NCBI GenBank assembly: GCA_041607595.1
Contig: JBFIUJ010000001.1
Location: forward strand, 1-33,645
DNA length: 33,645 nucleotides
Reading direction: 5' to 3'
From: Gemmatimonadales bacterium
Lineage (GTDB): Bacteria > Gemmatimonadota > Gemmatimonadetes > Gemmatimonadales > GWC2-71-9
This document shows positions 9,685 through 22,355 of the stretch, one piece after another. A model generated the notes under the pieces. It was not told where the DNA came from and made no database searches. It saw only the letters and a list, made by a program, of their open reading frames with translations. Made by a program: the position numbers and the translations under genes. Each line of letters starts with the position of its first letter. Position 1 is the first letter of the stretch.

Positions 9685-10448
9685 CCCCCGCGCAGCTCGA
9701 GGCGCTCTTGGCCGACGTCGCCGGCGGGCGCCTCGCCCCATCCGAGGCGCTCGATCGTCTCCGCCGGTTCCCCACCGAAGTCCTTCCGTACGCCCGCCTG
9801 GATCACCATCGGCCGCTCCGCCAGGGTCGACCCGAGGTCGTCTTCTGCGAGGGGAAGACGGTGGAGCAGGTGCTCGGCATCTGCCGGCGACTGGCGGAGG
9901 CGAACGGGAGCTTCTTCGGGACGCGGGCCAGCGAGGCCCAGGCGGCGGCGCTCCAGGACAGCTTCCCGCGCCTGGTCCGGAACACCCTGGGGCGGACGGT
10001 GCACCTGCCGGCCGACCCGCCCAGTCCGCTGGGTGCGGGCACGATGCTGGTCGTCTGCGCCGGGACCAGCGACTTGCCCGTCGCGGAGGAGGCCGCCGCC
10101 ACGGGAGAGGCCTTCGGGCACCGGGTCGAGCGGCTCTCCGACGTCGGCGTCGCCGGGCTCCATCGCCTGCTCGAGGCGGGCGACCTCCTGCGCGGGGCGT
10201 CCGTGTTGATCGTGGTCGCGGGGATGGAGGGCGCCCTGCCCAGCGTCGTCGGCGGGCTGGTGAGCGCGCCGGTCATCGCGGTGCCCACCTCCGTCGGGTA
10301 TGGGGCGTCCTTTCAGGGACTCGCCGCCCTCCTGGCGATGCTCAACTCGTGCGCCACGGGCATCACCGTCGTCAACATCGACAACGGCTTCGGCGCTGCG
10401 GCCGCGGCGAGCCGGCTGTTGGTCGCGCTGCAGGCGGGGCAGCCGTGA
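9681..10448 (+). CDS. larB: LarB-like PurE-family protein (nickel-pincer cofactor biosynthesis carboxylase/hydrolase)
   Basis: Inner part of track ORF 9045..10448. The C-terminal PurE-like domain shows VCAGTSDLPVAEEA and IVVAGMEGALPSVVGG...PVIAVPTSVGYG. The GTG 9681 start forms a GTGA overlap with the dus stop. Confidence 0.78.
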   Translation: MTPAQLEALLADVAGGRLAPSEALDRLRRFPTEVLPYARLDHHRPLRQGRPEVVFCEGKTVEQVLGICRRLAEANGSFFGTRASEAQAAALQDSFPRLVRNTLGRTVHLPADPPSPLGAGTMLVVCAGTSDLPVAEEAAATGEAFGHRVERLSDVGVAGLHRLLEAGDLLRGASVLIVVAGMEGALPSVVGGLVSAPVIAVPTSVGYGASFQGLAALLAMLNSCATGITVVNIDNGFGAAAAASRLLVALQAGQP

Positions 10449-11353
10449 TCCAGACGGTCGCGACGCCGAGCGATCCGGCCTTCCGGTGGACCGACGTGGT
10501 GGACCCGACCCGAGCCGAGCTGGAGTCGGTCTCCGAGCAGCACGGCCTCCCCGCGATGGCGGTGGCGGACTGTCTCGACCCCGAGCACCTGCCGAAGCAC
10601 GAGCGGCTCGGCGACCGGGTGTTCCTCATCGTCCGGGCCTTCGACGAGCAGGCGTCGGGGGATGCCGTCACGGTGCACGAGCTGACCCGGAAGGTGGCCA
10701 TCTTCGCGGGGCCGGGGTTCCTCGTCTCGGTCCATCGCAAGCCGCAGCCCTACCTGGCGGCGGTGCAGGCCCGGTGGCAGGAGCCCACGGCCGGGGCGTG
10801 CGAGCCGGACGTGCTGGTCGCCCTCGTCGCCGCCGCGGTGGACTCCTTCGGACCGCCCCTGGAGGATGCCGAGGCTCGGCTGGAATCCTTCGAGGCGTCG
10901 CTCTTTGGGCGGGAGCCCGACTTCACGCATCTGGAGGACATCCATCGGGTCAAGCGGCGGGTGGCGGTCGCGAAGCGTATGCTGTGGCTCACCCTCCAGA
11001 CCCTCCATCGGCTCCAGCCGGCCGCCCCGCAGCACGCGCCCCTCTTCCAGGATCTCCGGGAGTCGGCCGAAGGCATGTACTACTACGCGGACGACCTCCT
11101 GGAGGGCTCCAATCACCTGCTGAGCATGCAGCTGGCGATGGCGTCGCACCGGACCAACGAGGTGATGCGGGTCCTGACGATCTTTTCGGCCTTCTTCCTC
11201 CCGCTCACCTTCCTGGTCGGCGTGTACGGGATGAACTTCGACGTGATGCCGGAGCTCCGCTGGCGGACGGGGTACGCCCTCGTCTGGGTGCTCATGCTCG
11301 GGGTGACCGGCGGCACGTACCTTTGGTTCCGGAGGCGCGGATGGCTGCGCTAG
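10445..11353 (+). CDS. corA: CorA-family divalent metal (Mg/Co/Ni) transporter
   Basis: Inner part of track ORF 10349..11353. The signature YGMNF lies before the last TM helix, and there are two C-terminal TM segments. The GTG 10445 start forms a GTGA overlap with the larB stop. Confidence 0.88.
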   Translation: MIQTVATPSDPAFRWTDVVDPTRAELESVSEQHGLPAMAVADCLDPEHLPKHERLGDRVFLIVRAFDEQASGDAVTVHELTRKVAIFAGPGFLVSVHRKPQPYLAAVQARWQEPTAGACEPDVLVALVAAAVDSFGPPLEDAEARLESFEASLFGREPDFTHLEDIHRVKRRVAVAKRMLWLTLQTLHRLQPAAPQHAPLFQDLRESAEGMYYYADDLLEGSNHLLSMQLAMASHRTNEVMRVLTIFSAFFLPLTFLVGVYGMNFDVMPELRWRTGYALVWVLMLGVTGGTYLWFRRRGWLR

Positions 11354-12777
11354 CCTGGGTCTTTCTGGGCCTGCTGGCCGGCCTCCTGGTCGGGGTGCTC
11401 GTCGGACGGCGCTGGTGGGGTGCGGGACGGACCGCGAAGGGTGCTGCGGTGGCCGCGCCGGGTGGACTGCGGCTCCTGAGCGACCAATCGCTGGAGTGGC
11501 TGCGTCGGTCCCACGGTGCCCTGGGGGTGTGGGCCTTGGAGGCCGAGGGGAGCGCGCCGGCGCCGGGCGCCTCCGGGCTACGGAGCCTGGCGGACCCCGG
11601 CTCCCTGAGCCCGGAGCGGGCCGAGACGGTCGCCTTCCGCCTGGAACAGGTGCGCCGGCAGACTCAGGGCGGGGTGGAGCGGCTGGAATTCGGGTCCCTG
11701 CTCTACGAGACCGCGGAGGGGGCGGTGGCGGCCATGCTCTTGCCGGCCGGGGCGCCCACGCTCGCGATCGAGCGGGCGCGGGAAGACGCGATCGTCCTCC
11801 TCGACGGCCTGGCTCGACACGGGGCCCTCCAACGTGGTCCCGAGGGCGAGAGCCGCCGCCAGGAATCGGTCGCGAGCATCGGGTTGCGGCTCGCCTATCA
11901 GGTCGAGCGGCTGCTCGAGGGCGAGGCGGCGGTCGCGGTGGCGGGACCGAGCGGCGTCCGCATCGTCGGCGTCTCGGGCCGGGGCGATCCCCGCCTGATG
12001 CGGGCGGACATCGATCCGGACAGCACGATCGCGCGGGTCGCCACCGGTGCCCCCGCGCCGCCGGACGGGGTGGAGGACCCGCTCCGCGCCGAGGTGGGTG
12101 ATCGGCGACACCCCTCGGGCCGATGCCGCCTCCTGCCGGTCATGTCCGGCCCGCGTCCGGTCGGAGCGGTGGCGGTGTGGCTGCCGGGGCGGAGCGCGCC
12201 GGAGGCGGCGCTGGCGGCGGTGCGGGAGGCGATCCGCGCGGCGGGTCCCCGCCTGGAAGACGCGGTGGCCTATCAGGAGCGCGAGCTGGAGGCGGCCTCC
12301 GACCCCCTCACCGGCCTCGCCAACCGGCGTGGCCTCGACGCGACGATGAGCCGCTTCGGGGGCGAGCGCGGCACCTTGGTCTGTGTGGACCTGGACCGCT
12401 TCAAGCTGCTCAACGACACGCTCGGGCACGCCGCCGGGGACGCCGCCCTGGTCCACGTCGCGCGGATCCTTCGCGAGCACGTCCGCCATGGCGACGTGGC
12501 GGCCCGGGTCGGAGGCGAGGAGTTCGCGCTCTGGCTGCCCCTGGCGCGGCTCGAAGAGGGCGTCAGGGTCGCGGTCCGGGTGCGGGAGCGGCTGGTGGGA
12601 TCGCGCTGGCGGTGGCAGGACCGGGCCTGGCCGCTCACGGCGTCGTTCGGCGTGTCCAGCTGTCCGGAAACGACCCGGGACCATAAGAACCTCCTGGCCC
12701 AGGCGGACGCGGCCCTCTACGCGGCGAAGGGCGCGGGCCGGGACCGGGTGGAGGTGGCGGAGCGGGTGCCCGGCTGA
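11341..12777 (+). CDS. Membrane-anchored GGDEF-domain diguanylate cyclase
   Basis: Inner part of track ORF 10300..12777. It has an N-terminal TM helix (AWVFLGLLAGLLVGVLVG), about 300 aa of unassigned sequence, then a GGDEF domain (DPLTGLANRR, DLDRFKLLND, active site GGEEF) with an RxxD I-site (RHGD) five residues upstream. ATG 11341 overlaps the end of corA by 13 nt. Confidence 0.85.
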   Translation: MAALAWVFLGLLAGLLVGVLVGRRWWGAGRTAKGAAVAAPGGLRLLSDQSLEWLRRSHGALGVWALEAEGSAPAPGASGLRSLADPGSLSPERAETVAFRLEQVRRQTQGGVERLEFGSLLYETAEGAVAAMLLPAGAPTLAIERAREDAIVLLDGLARHGALQRGPEGESRRQESVASIGLRLAYQVERLLEGEAAVAVAGPSGVRIVGVSGRGDPRLMRADIDPDSTIARVATGAPAPPDGVEDPLRAEVGDRRHPSGRCRLLPVMSGPRPVGAVAVWLPGRSAPEAALAAVREAIRAAGPRLEDAVAYQERELEAASDPLTGLANRRGLDATMSRFGGERGTLVCVDLDRFKLLNDTLGHAAGDAALVHVARILREHVRHGDVAARVGGEEFALWLPLARLEEGVRVAVRVRERLVGSRWRWQDRAWPLTASFGVSSCPETTRDHKNLLAQADAALYAAKGAGRDRVEVAERVPG

Positions 12778-12786
12778 GCTGGGGTG

Positions 12787-12815
12787 TTGCCCCCCTGTGG
12801 AGGCGGCCCTATCAT
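12787..12815 (+). promoter_or_regulatory. Candidate ssrA promoter (TTGCCC-17-TATCAT)
   Basis: TTGCCC lies at 12787-92 and TATCAT at 12810-15. The mature tmRNA 5' end (12826) is 11 nt downstream, which fits a short RNase P-processed leader. Confidence 0.4.
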
Positions 12816-12825
12816 TCCTTCACCC

Positions 12826-13185
12826 GGGGGCGACTGGCTTCGACGGGTGTGTAGAACGAATGGCAGCGTGCCCAGGTCCAAGTCCCTGGTAAAACCGCTT
12901 GGAATGCTTTATCTGCCAACTCTGATCTGGCACTGGCCGCGTAAGCTGAGCTGAGCTCGCTTCACGCGCCTTCGGTCGGTGAAGCCCGCCTGGGGCGTTG
13001 CTGATCGAATCGCAAATCCGGGCTGGCCTGCCGTGATCCTCCGCCGCGGTGGGTGAGATTCAGGAGGTAGTCTCTGATTCGGTCGGTCCGTCACCGGGTC
13101 GGAGAGACGCAGAAAGACAGGCCTACGCACGTAGACGCGGTTCCGGAAACCCACTCGGACCAGGGTTCGATTCCCTGCGCCTCCA
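12826..13185 (+). ncRNA. ssrA: tmRNA (SsrA)
   Basis: The 5' GGGGGCG (12826-32) pairs with the 3' CGCCTCC (13178-84), including the G3:U wobble, and is followed by discriminator A 13185. The conserved TTCGACGGG lies near the 5' end. The T-arm is CAGGG-TTCGATT-CCCTG. The tag ORF GCC AAC TCT GAT CTG GCA CTG GCC GCG TAA (12915-12944) encodes ANSDLALAA. The terminal CCA is not encoded (CTC follows). Confidence 0.92.
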
Positions 13186-13191
13186 CTCTCT

Positions 13192-13232
13192 GCGAAACGC
13201 CGGCTCGGGCTCCCGCCCGGCCGGCGTTTCGC
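13192..13232. terminator. Hairpin between the convergent ssrA and purK genes (probable bidirectional terminator)
   Basis: A perfect 13-bp inverted repeat, GCGAAACGCCGGC (13192-13204) and GCCGGCGTTTCGC (13220-13232), encloses a 15-nt loop. The TTTCGC / GCGAAA flanks give a short T-run on either strand. Confidence 0.6.
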
Positions 13233-13246
13233 GTGAGCGGGCGGGA

Positions 13247-14385
13247 TCAGTCGCCGCGTTCCGGGAGGCCGAGGATGCGCCGGACCCGGCGGGCTCGCTC
13301 AAGCGCCTCCTCGACCGTGGGGCCGAGCACGTTCACGTGCCCCATCTTGCGGCCGGGGCGAGGCTCCTTCTTCCCGTAGAGGTGGAGCTTGACTCCCGGC
13401 ACCGCGAGCGCCTCGTCCCAGCGGATGGGGCCCTGCCCCCAGAGGTCGCCCAGCAGGTTCAACATGACCACCGGTTGCAGCAGGGTCGGCTCGCCCAGGG
13501 CCAGGCCGCAGAGCGCCCGCAGCTGCTGCTCGAACTGATCGGTGACGCAGGCGTCCAAGGTGTAGTGGCCGCTATTGTGCGGCCGGGGCGCGATCTCGTT
13601 GAGGTACAGGTCGCCCCCCTCCGCGACGAACATCTCCACCGCCAGCACCCCCACGTAGGCCAGCGCGTCCGCCAGGCGCGTGGCCCTGGCCAGCGCCTCC
13701 AGCCGGAGCGGCTCGGGCACGCCCGCCGGCACCGTCGTGGAGTCCAGGATGCCGGCGCGGTGGACGTTCTCGGCCACCGGGAAGCAGGCGGTGAGGCCGT
13801 CCGCGCCGCGGGCCAGCGTCACCGAGAGCTCCCGTTCGAGGGTCAGCCGCCGCTCCAGCACGCAGGGAACGCCGCCGAGTGCCCGAAACGCTTGGCGCGC
13901 CTCGGCGGCCGAAGCCACGGGCGCCTGACCCTTGCCGTCGTAGCCGAGGCGACTGGTCTTGAGGAGCGCCGGGGCACCCACCGCTCGGAGCGCGTCCGGG
14001 AGCGCCGCCTCGGACGCCACCTCCCGGAAGGGGGCGGTCGCGAAGCCGTGGTCGCGGAAGAACGTCTTCTCCGCGATGCGATCCTGCGCCACCGCAACCG
14101 CGGTGGCATCGGGACGCACGGGGACCCGCTCCGCGAGGATCCGAAGGGCGTCCGCGGGGACGTTCTCGAATTCGAGGGTCACCGCATCGGCGAGGGCGGC
14201 GAGCTTGTCCAGGGCGATCGGGTCGTCGTAGGGGGCACAGAGATGGCGCTGGGCGACGGCTGCGGCCGGGCTCAACGGGTCGGGCTCCAGGACCACGATG
14301 CGGTACCCCATCTCCCGCGCCCGCAGGGTGAGCATCCGTCCCAGCTGTCCACCGCCCAAGAGGCCGATGGTCCCTCCCGGGAGGA

Positions 14386-14389
<4 letters not shown>
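13247..14389 (-). CDS. purK: N5-carboxyaminoimidazole ribonucleotide synthase
   Basis: C-terminal 380 aa of track ORF 13247..14887. It has an ATP-grasp fold with the N-terminal [11 protein letters not shown] and later [14 protein letters not shown] 14389 forms an ATGA overlap with the purE stop. Confidence 0.9.
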
Positions 14390-14880
<491 letters not shown>

Positions 14881-14899
14881 GCATCACCTCGGGTGGGGT

Positions 14900-14919
14900 C
14901 CCGCGGCGCGCGCCGCGGG
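14900..14919. repeat. Perfect 20-nt GC palindrome in the ppdK-purE intercistronic gap
   Basis: CCCGCGGCGCGCGCCGCGGG equals its own reverse complement. It occupies nearly half of the 44-nt gap between the ppdK stop (14925) and the purE start (14880). Confidence 0.7.
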
Positions 14920-14924
14920 CGGGC

Positions 14925-17587
<2,663 letters not shown>

Positions 17588-17591
<4 letters not shown>

Positions 17592-18982
17592 ACTCTCGTG
17601 CCGGCGAATGGCGCGGCGTGTCGATGGTGGTGACTGCCCTCCGGCACCTCGGTCGGATACCGTCCCGAGAAGCAGGCGTGGCAGAAGGGGGTCGTCTCGC
17701 CAGCCGCACGAAGCATGCCGTCCAGCGACAGGTAGCCGAGCGTGTCCACGCCCAGGTACGCCCGGATCTCGTCTAGCGAGTGGGTGGCGGCGATCAGCTC
17801 GTCCCGGGTCGGCGTGTCGATCCCGTAGTGGCACGGGCCGGTAATCGGTGGGGAGCCGAGGCGCAGGTGCACTTCGGTGGCGCCGGCGCTCCGGATCATC
17901 TGGACCAGCTCCTTGCTGGTGGTGCCGCGCACCAGGCTGTCGTCCACTACGACCACGGAGCGTCCGGTGATGACGCCGCGTACCGGGTTGAACTTGATCT
18001 TGACCTTCGCCACCCGCAGCGACTGGCTTGGATGGATGAAGGTCCGGCCCACGTAGTGGTTCCGGATGAGTCCGTGCTCCAGCTTGATGCCCGAGACCTC
18101 GGAGAAGCCGAGCGCCATCGCGTTGGAGCTGTCGGGCACGCTGAAGACCACCTGTCCGCCCTCCACCGGCTGCTCGCGGGCCAGCGCGCGTCCGAGCTCA
18201 CGGCGCACCCGATCCACCGACTCATGGAAGACGGTGCTGTCCGGCCGGGAAAAGTAGACCAGCTCGAAGACGCACCGACTCACCGGACGGGGACGGAGCG
18301 GCGCGAGCGACTCGACCACGCCGTCCGTGATCCGCACGAAGTCCCCCGGCTCCAGCTCCCGCTCGAGGGTGGCGCCCACCAGGTCGAGCGCGCAGGTCTC
18401 CGAGGCGACGATCGCGCCCCGGTCGAGCCGCCCGATCACCAACGGGCGGAAGCCCCGGGCGTCCACCGCGGCGTAGAGCGTGCGGCCGACCCCCAGCACC
18501 AGGGAGTAGGCCCCCTCCAGGTGCTCCAACGCCCCGCGGATCTGGCCCTCGGGGTCCGGCGCCTCGCTCCGGGCGATCAGGTGGACCAGCACCTCGGTGT
18601 CGCTCGATGAGGTGAAGATCGAGCCGCGCTCGACCAGCCCCCGACGGAGCTCCACCGCGTTGGTGAGGTTCCCGTTGTGGGCCACGATGAGGGCGCCGTG
18701 CCGGTAGTTGACCAGGCAGGGCTGGGCGTTGGCCAGGACCGACGTGCCCGCCGTCGAGTAGCGGGTGTGACCCACCGCGACGTCGCCGGGGAGTGCGTCG
18801 AGGATGTCGTCGTCGAACGACTCGGAGACGAGGCCCATGCCCAGGTGGGCGCGGGACACGCCGTCGTCGTCGACCGCGACGATCCCCGCGCTCTCTTGGC
18901 CGCGATGCTGGAGCGCGTAGAGCCCGAGATAGGCGAGCCGCCCCGCGTCGCGCAGGCCGGAGACGCCGATCACGCCGCACAT
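17588..18982 (-). CDS. purF: Amidophosphoribosyltransferase
   Basis: C-terminal 464 aa of track ORF 17588..19669. The N-terminal nucleophile is in MCGVIGV. The PRTase motif VVVVDDSLVRGTT and C-terminal Fe-S cysteines (CHYGIDTP, CHACFSG) are present. A GGAGGG SD sequence lies 9 nt upstream. Confidence 0.93.
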
Positions 18983-18986
18983 ACGC

Positions 18987-21332
18987 TCAGCCCTCCCTGG
19001 GTCGCTCGGCGACCGCCGAGCGCATGCGGCGAGGGATGGCATCGGAATAGGTCCGGCGCAGGTCCTGGACCGACCACGCGTAGCGCGCGCCGGGCACGGC
19101 GATGACCACCTCGCCGTCCGCCGGGCCGACATGCCCCACGGCCAGGGCAGGGACCCGCTCGCGCGCGGCCAGGGCGAGCAGCCGGTCGAGGGATTCGGGC
19201 CGACAGGAGACGACGGCACGAGCGCCGTCCTCGGCGAAGAGCAGCCTCTCGGCCGGGAGGTCGCCCCCGTAGGCCTGGAGGTCGACGACGGCCCCGAGTC
19301 CGCCGGCGGCATAGGGTCCCCCGATCGCGGCCTCCGCCAGCGCAGCGGCCAGGCCGCCCTCGCTGCAATCGTGGGCGGAGCGCAGGAGCCCGGCCTCGGC
19401 CGCGGCGACCAGGAGCCGCTGCAGCCCGGCCTCCGCCTCCAGATCCACGCGCGGCGGCGTTCCGCCGACGAAGTCGCGGATGACGGCCCAGTAAGCGGAG
19501 CCGCCGAGCGCTCCCTGCGTCCGACCCAGCACGACGACCCGATCGCCCGGGGCCGCGAAGTGGCTCGGCACCCGCGCCTCCACCCGGCGCAGCAGGCCGA
19601 CCATGCCCACCGTCGGGGTCGGATCCACGGCCCCGGTCGGGCTCTCGTTGTAGAACGAGACGTTGCCACCCGTCACCGGCGTGCCGAAGGCGAGGCAGGC
19701 GTCCGCGATGCCTCGGCACGCCTCACGGAACTGGTGGAAGACCTCGGGTCGCTCGGGGCTCCCGAAGTTCAGGCAGTCGGTGATGCCGAGCGGCGTCGCG
19801 CCGGTACAGGCCACGTTCCGCGCCGCCTCCGCCACCGCGGCCTTGCCGCCCTCGTAGGGGTCGAGCCAGACCAGTCGCGCGTTCACGTCAACCGTCACGG
19901 CCAGGCCGAAGTCCGTGCCGGGCACCCGGATGACCGCCGCGTCGCCCCCGGGGCCGATCGCGGTCGAGGCCTGGACGGTCGAGTCGTACTGCTCGAACAC
20001 CCACCGCTTGCTGGCGATCGACGGGTCGTCGAGCAGGCGCTCCAGCGCCCGGCGCACGTCCGGCGGCGGATCGCCCACGGGTTCCGCGGCCCGGGCCCGG
20101 GCCACCCGCGGGTCCTCGCGCGCCTCCGGGGTGTAGACCGGGCAGTCCTCGACCAGGGACCGGCCGGGGATCGCCGCGACCACCGCATCGGCGTGGCGCA
20201 CCCGGAAGACGCCGTCGTCGGTGACCCGCCCGATCGGCGTGGCGGTTAGCTCCCAGGTCTGACAGACGGCCTGGACCGCCTCCACCCGGTGTGGCTCGGC
20301 CACCACCAGCATCCGCTCCTGGGATTCGGAGAGCAGGATCTCATAGGGAGTCATGCCGGGCTCCCGGGTGGGGACCAGGGCGGTGTCGATCTCCACCCCC
20401 ACGCCCCCGCGCGCGGCCATCTCCGCCGAGGAGCTGGTGAGGCCGGCCGCTCCCATGTCCTGGATGGCCACCACGAGGCCGGAGCCGATGAGCTCGAGGG
20501 TGGCCTCCAGCAGGAGCTTTTCGGTGAAGGGGTCCCCGACCTGAACCTGGGGGCGCCTCGCCTCGCTCTCGGCGCTCAGCTCTTCCGAGGCGAAGCTCGC
20601 GCCGTGGATCCCGTCGCGACCGGTGCGGCTCCCCACCGCCAGGAGCACGTTGCCCGGGCCGTGGGCGACCGCGCGCATCAGGTCCGCCTCGCGGAGCAGG
20701 CCCACGCACATCGCATTGACCAGCGGGTTCCCGGCGTAGGAGGGAGCGAAGACCACCTCGCCGCCCACCGTCGGGACGCCAACGCAGTTGCCGTAGTCCC
20801 CGACGCCGCGAACGATCCCGGCGAAGAGATAGCGATTCCTGGCCTCGCTGAGCGGTCCGAGGCGCAGGCTGTTGAGCAGCGCGACCGGCCGGGCCCCCAT
20901 CGTGAAGACGTCCCGCAGGATCCCGCCCACCCCGGTAGCCGCCCCCTGGTACGGCTCGACCGCGGACGGGTGGTTGTGGGACTCGATCTTGAAGGCGACG
21001 GCCCAGCCGTCGGGGAGCCGGAGGACGCCGGCGTTCTCGCCCGGGCCCTGCACTACCTGGGGGCCGGTGGTGGGGAAGGTGCGCAGGACCGGGCGGCTGT
21101 GCTTGTACGAGCAATGCTCCGACCAAAGGGCCGAGAAGACGCCGAGCTCGGTCAGGGTGGGTGTCCGCTGCAGCAGGGCGACGATCCGCCGATACTCCTC
21201 CGCGGTGAGGTTGTGCTCCTCCACCAGCGCGGGCGTGATGGCCGGCTCGCCGGGGAGGGACTCCGCCGCGAGGGCCTGCGCCGGCCGATCCGCGGCCGTG
21301 CCGGTCCCGCCCCCAGACCCGCGCGGGCTCAC
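18987..21332 (-). CDS. purL: Phosphoribosylformylglycinamidine synthase subunit PurL (FGAM synthase II)
   Basis: Part of track ORF 18987..21524. It shows [10 protein letters not shown]-type [28 protein letters not shown] and two AIRS-like repeats. I chose GTG 21332 because it forms a GTGA overlap with the upstream small gene. The exact start is uncertain. Confidence 0.88.
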   Translation of the reverse strand: MSPRGSGGGTGTAADRPAQALAAESLPGEPAITPALVEEHNLTAEEYRRIVALLQRTPTLTELGVFSALWSEHCSYKHSRPVLRTFPTTGPQVVQGPGENAGVLRLPDGWAVAFKIESHNHPSAVEPYQGAATGVGGILRDVFTMGARPVALLNSLRLGPLSEARNRYLFAGIVRGVGDYGNCVGVPTVGGEVVFAPSYAGNPLVNAMCVGLLREADLMRAVAHGPGNVLLAVGSRTGRDGIHGASFASEELSAESEARRPQVQVGDPFTEKLLLEATLELIGSGLVVAIQDMGAAGLTSSSAEMAARGGVGVEIDTALVPTREPGMTPYEILLSESQERMLVVAEPHRVEAVQAVCQTWELTATPIGRVTDDGVFRVRHADAVVAAIPGRSLVEDCPVYTPEAREDPRVARARAAEPVGDPPPDVRRALERLLDDPSIASKRWVFEQYDSTVQASTAIGPGGDAAVIRVPGTDFGLAVTVDVNARLVWLDPYEGGKAAVAEAARNVACTGATPLGITDCLNFGSPERPEVFHQFREACRGIADACLAFGTPVTGGNVSFYNESPTGAVDPTPTVGMVGLLRRVEARVPSHFAAPGDRVVVLGRTQGALGGSAYWAVIRDFVGGTPPRVDLEAEAGLQRLLVAAAEAGLLRSAHDCSEGGLAAALAEAAIGGPYAAGGLGAVVDLQAYGGDLPAERLLFAEDGARAVVSCRPESLDRLLALAARERVPALAVGHVGPADGEVVIAVPGARYAWSVQDLRRTYSDAIPRRMRSAVAERPREG

Positions 21333-21652
21333 GCGGGCTTCTTCGAGCCGCGCAGCGTGGCGGCGATGTCTCCGAAGACGCGTCCGAGCATGGACCGATC
21401 GTCCTCCGCCGTCAGGAGGTTGATCTCTCCCGGATCCAGCCACACGCCGCCGCAGTGGGTGCACCGGTCGATCTTGACGGACTGGAATTCCTCGACCGTC
21501 AGGTCGTACCCGTCCTTCGGACACTTCATGTGATGGGATTTCCGCTCGGCCTCGGCGGCGGCCTCGGCGGCGGCGCGCCGGCGCTCTTCGAGCAGCTCCG
21601 CCTCCTTGCGGGCAAAGTACTCGTCCTCGTTCCGGCTGGGCTTGTCGGTCAT
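21329..21652 (-). CDS. Small Zn-ribbon protein (TFIIB-type zinc-ribbon-like, COG3809-like), function unknown
   Basis: C-terminal 107 aa of track ORF 21329..22132. A charged helical N-terminus ([18 protein letters not shown]) is followed by HHMKCPKDG...[16 protein letters not shown]. The ATG at 21652 lies 22 nt after the purQ stop. Confidence 0.7.
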   Translation of the reverse strand: MTDKPSRNEDEYFARKEAELLEERRRAAAEAAAEAERKSHHMKCPKDGYDLTVEEFQSVKIDRCTHCGGVWLDPGEINLLTAEDDRSMLGRVFGDIAATLRGSKKPA

Positions 21653-21674
21653 CGGTGGTCTGCCGTGCAAGAGT

Positions 21675-22355
21675 CTAGGTCGCGGCGGCCAACTCGTGGG
21701 CCGCCAGGGAGAGGAAGAACTCGGCGCCGTCGGTGCCGTCCAGGCCCGGGTCGGACGCGCGCTCGGGGTGGGGCATGACGCCCACGATTCGGCCGGTCGG
21801 GTCGCAGATCCCCGCGATGTCGTGGAGCGACCCGTTCGGATTGGCACCCGGCACGTAGCGCAGGACGATCCGCCCCTCGGCCTCGAGCGCCAGGAGGGTC
21901 TCGGCGTCGGCCACGTAGCGCCCCTCGCCGTGGGCCACGGGGAGGCGGAGCGTGGCGCCGAGGGCGTAGCCGGCGGTGAACGGCGTCTCGGTCCGCTCGA
22001 CCCGGACGTCCACCGGCCGGGAGACGAACGTGAGCCCGGCATTGCGGACGAGCGCGCCGGGCAGCAGCCCGGCCTCGCAGAGGATCTGGAACCCGTTGCA
22101 GATGCCGAGCACCGGACGCCCCTCCGCCGCATGCCGGTGGACGGCCTGCATGATCGGGCTGAACCGGGCGATGGCGCCGGAACGAAGGTAGTCGCCGTAG
22201 CTGAAGCCGCCGGGGAGGATCACCGCCTCGGCGCGGCGTAGGTCCGTGTCCCGGTGCCACACGAAGAAGGGCTCCATGCCCGCCCTCCGGGCGGCCTCGA
22301 GCGTGTCCGTGTCACAGTTGCTGCCGGGGAAACGCACCACCGCCACACGGAGCAT
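21675..22355 (-). CDS. purQ: Phosphoribosylformylglycinamidine synthase glutaminase subunit PurQ
   Basis: C-terminal 226 aa of track ORF 21675..22670. It shows MLRVAVVRFPGSNCD, the catalytic Cys in GICNGFQ, and MPHPER. Confidence 0.92.
   Translation of the reverse strand: MLRVAVVRFPGSNCDTDTLEAARRAGMEPFFVWHRDTDLRRAEAVILPGGFSYGDYLRSGAIARFSPIMQAVHRHAAEGRPVLGICNGFQILCEAGLLPGALVRNAGLTFVSRPVDVRVERTETPFTAGYALGATLRLPVAHGEGRYVADAETLLALEAEGRIVLRYVPGANPNGSLHDIAGICDPTGRIVGVMPHPERASDPGLDGTDGAEFFLSLAAHELAAAT

Noticed and set aside
13186-13246. I looked for a genomic island, integrase or duplicated att site downstream of ssrA, which is a common integration hotspot.
   Set aside because: Only 61 nt separate the tmRNA from the purK stop, and the terminator hairpin fills them. 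There is no repeat of the ssrA 3' end anywhere in the window.
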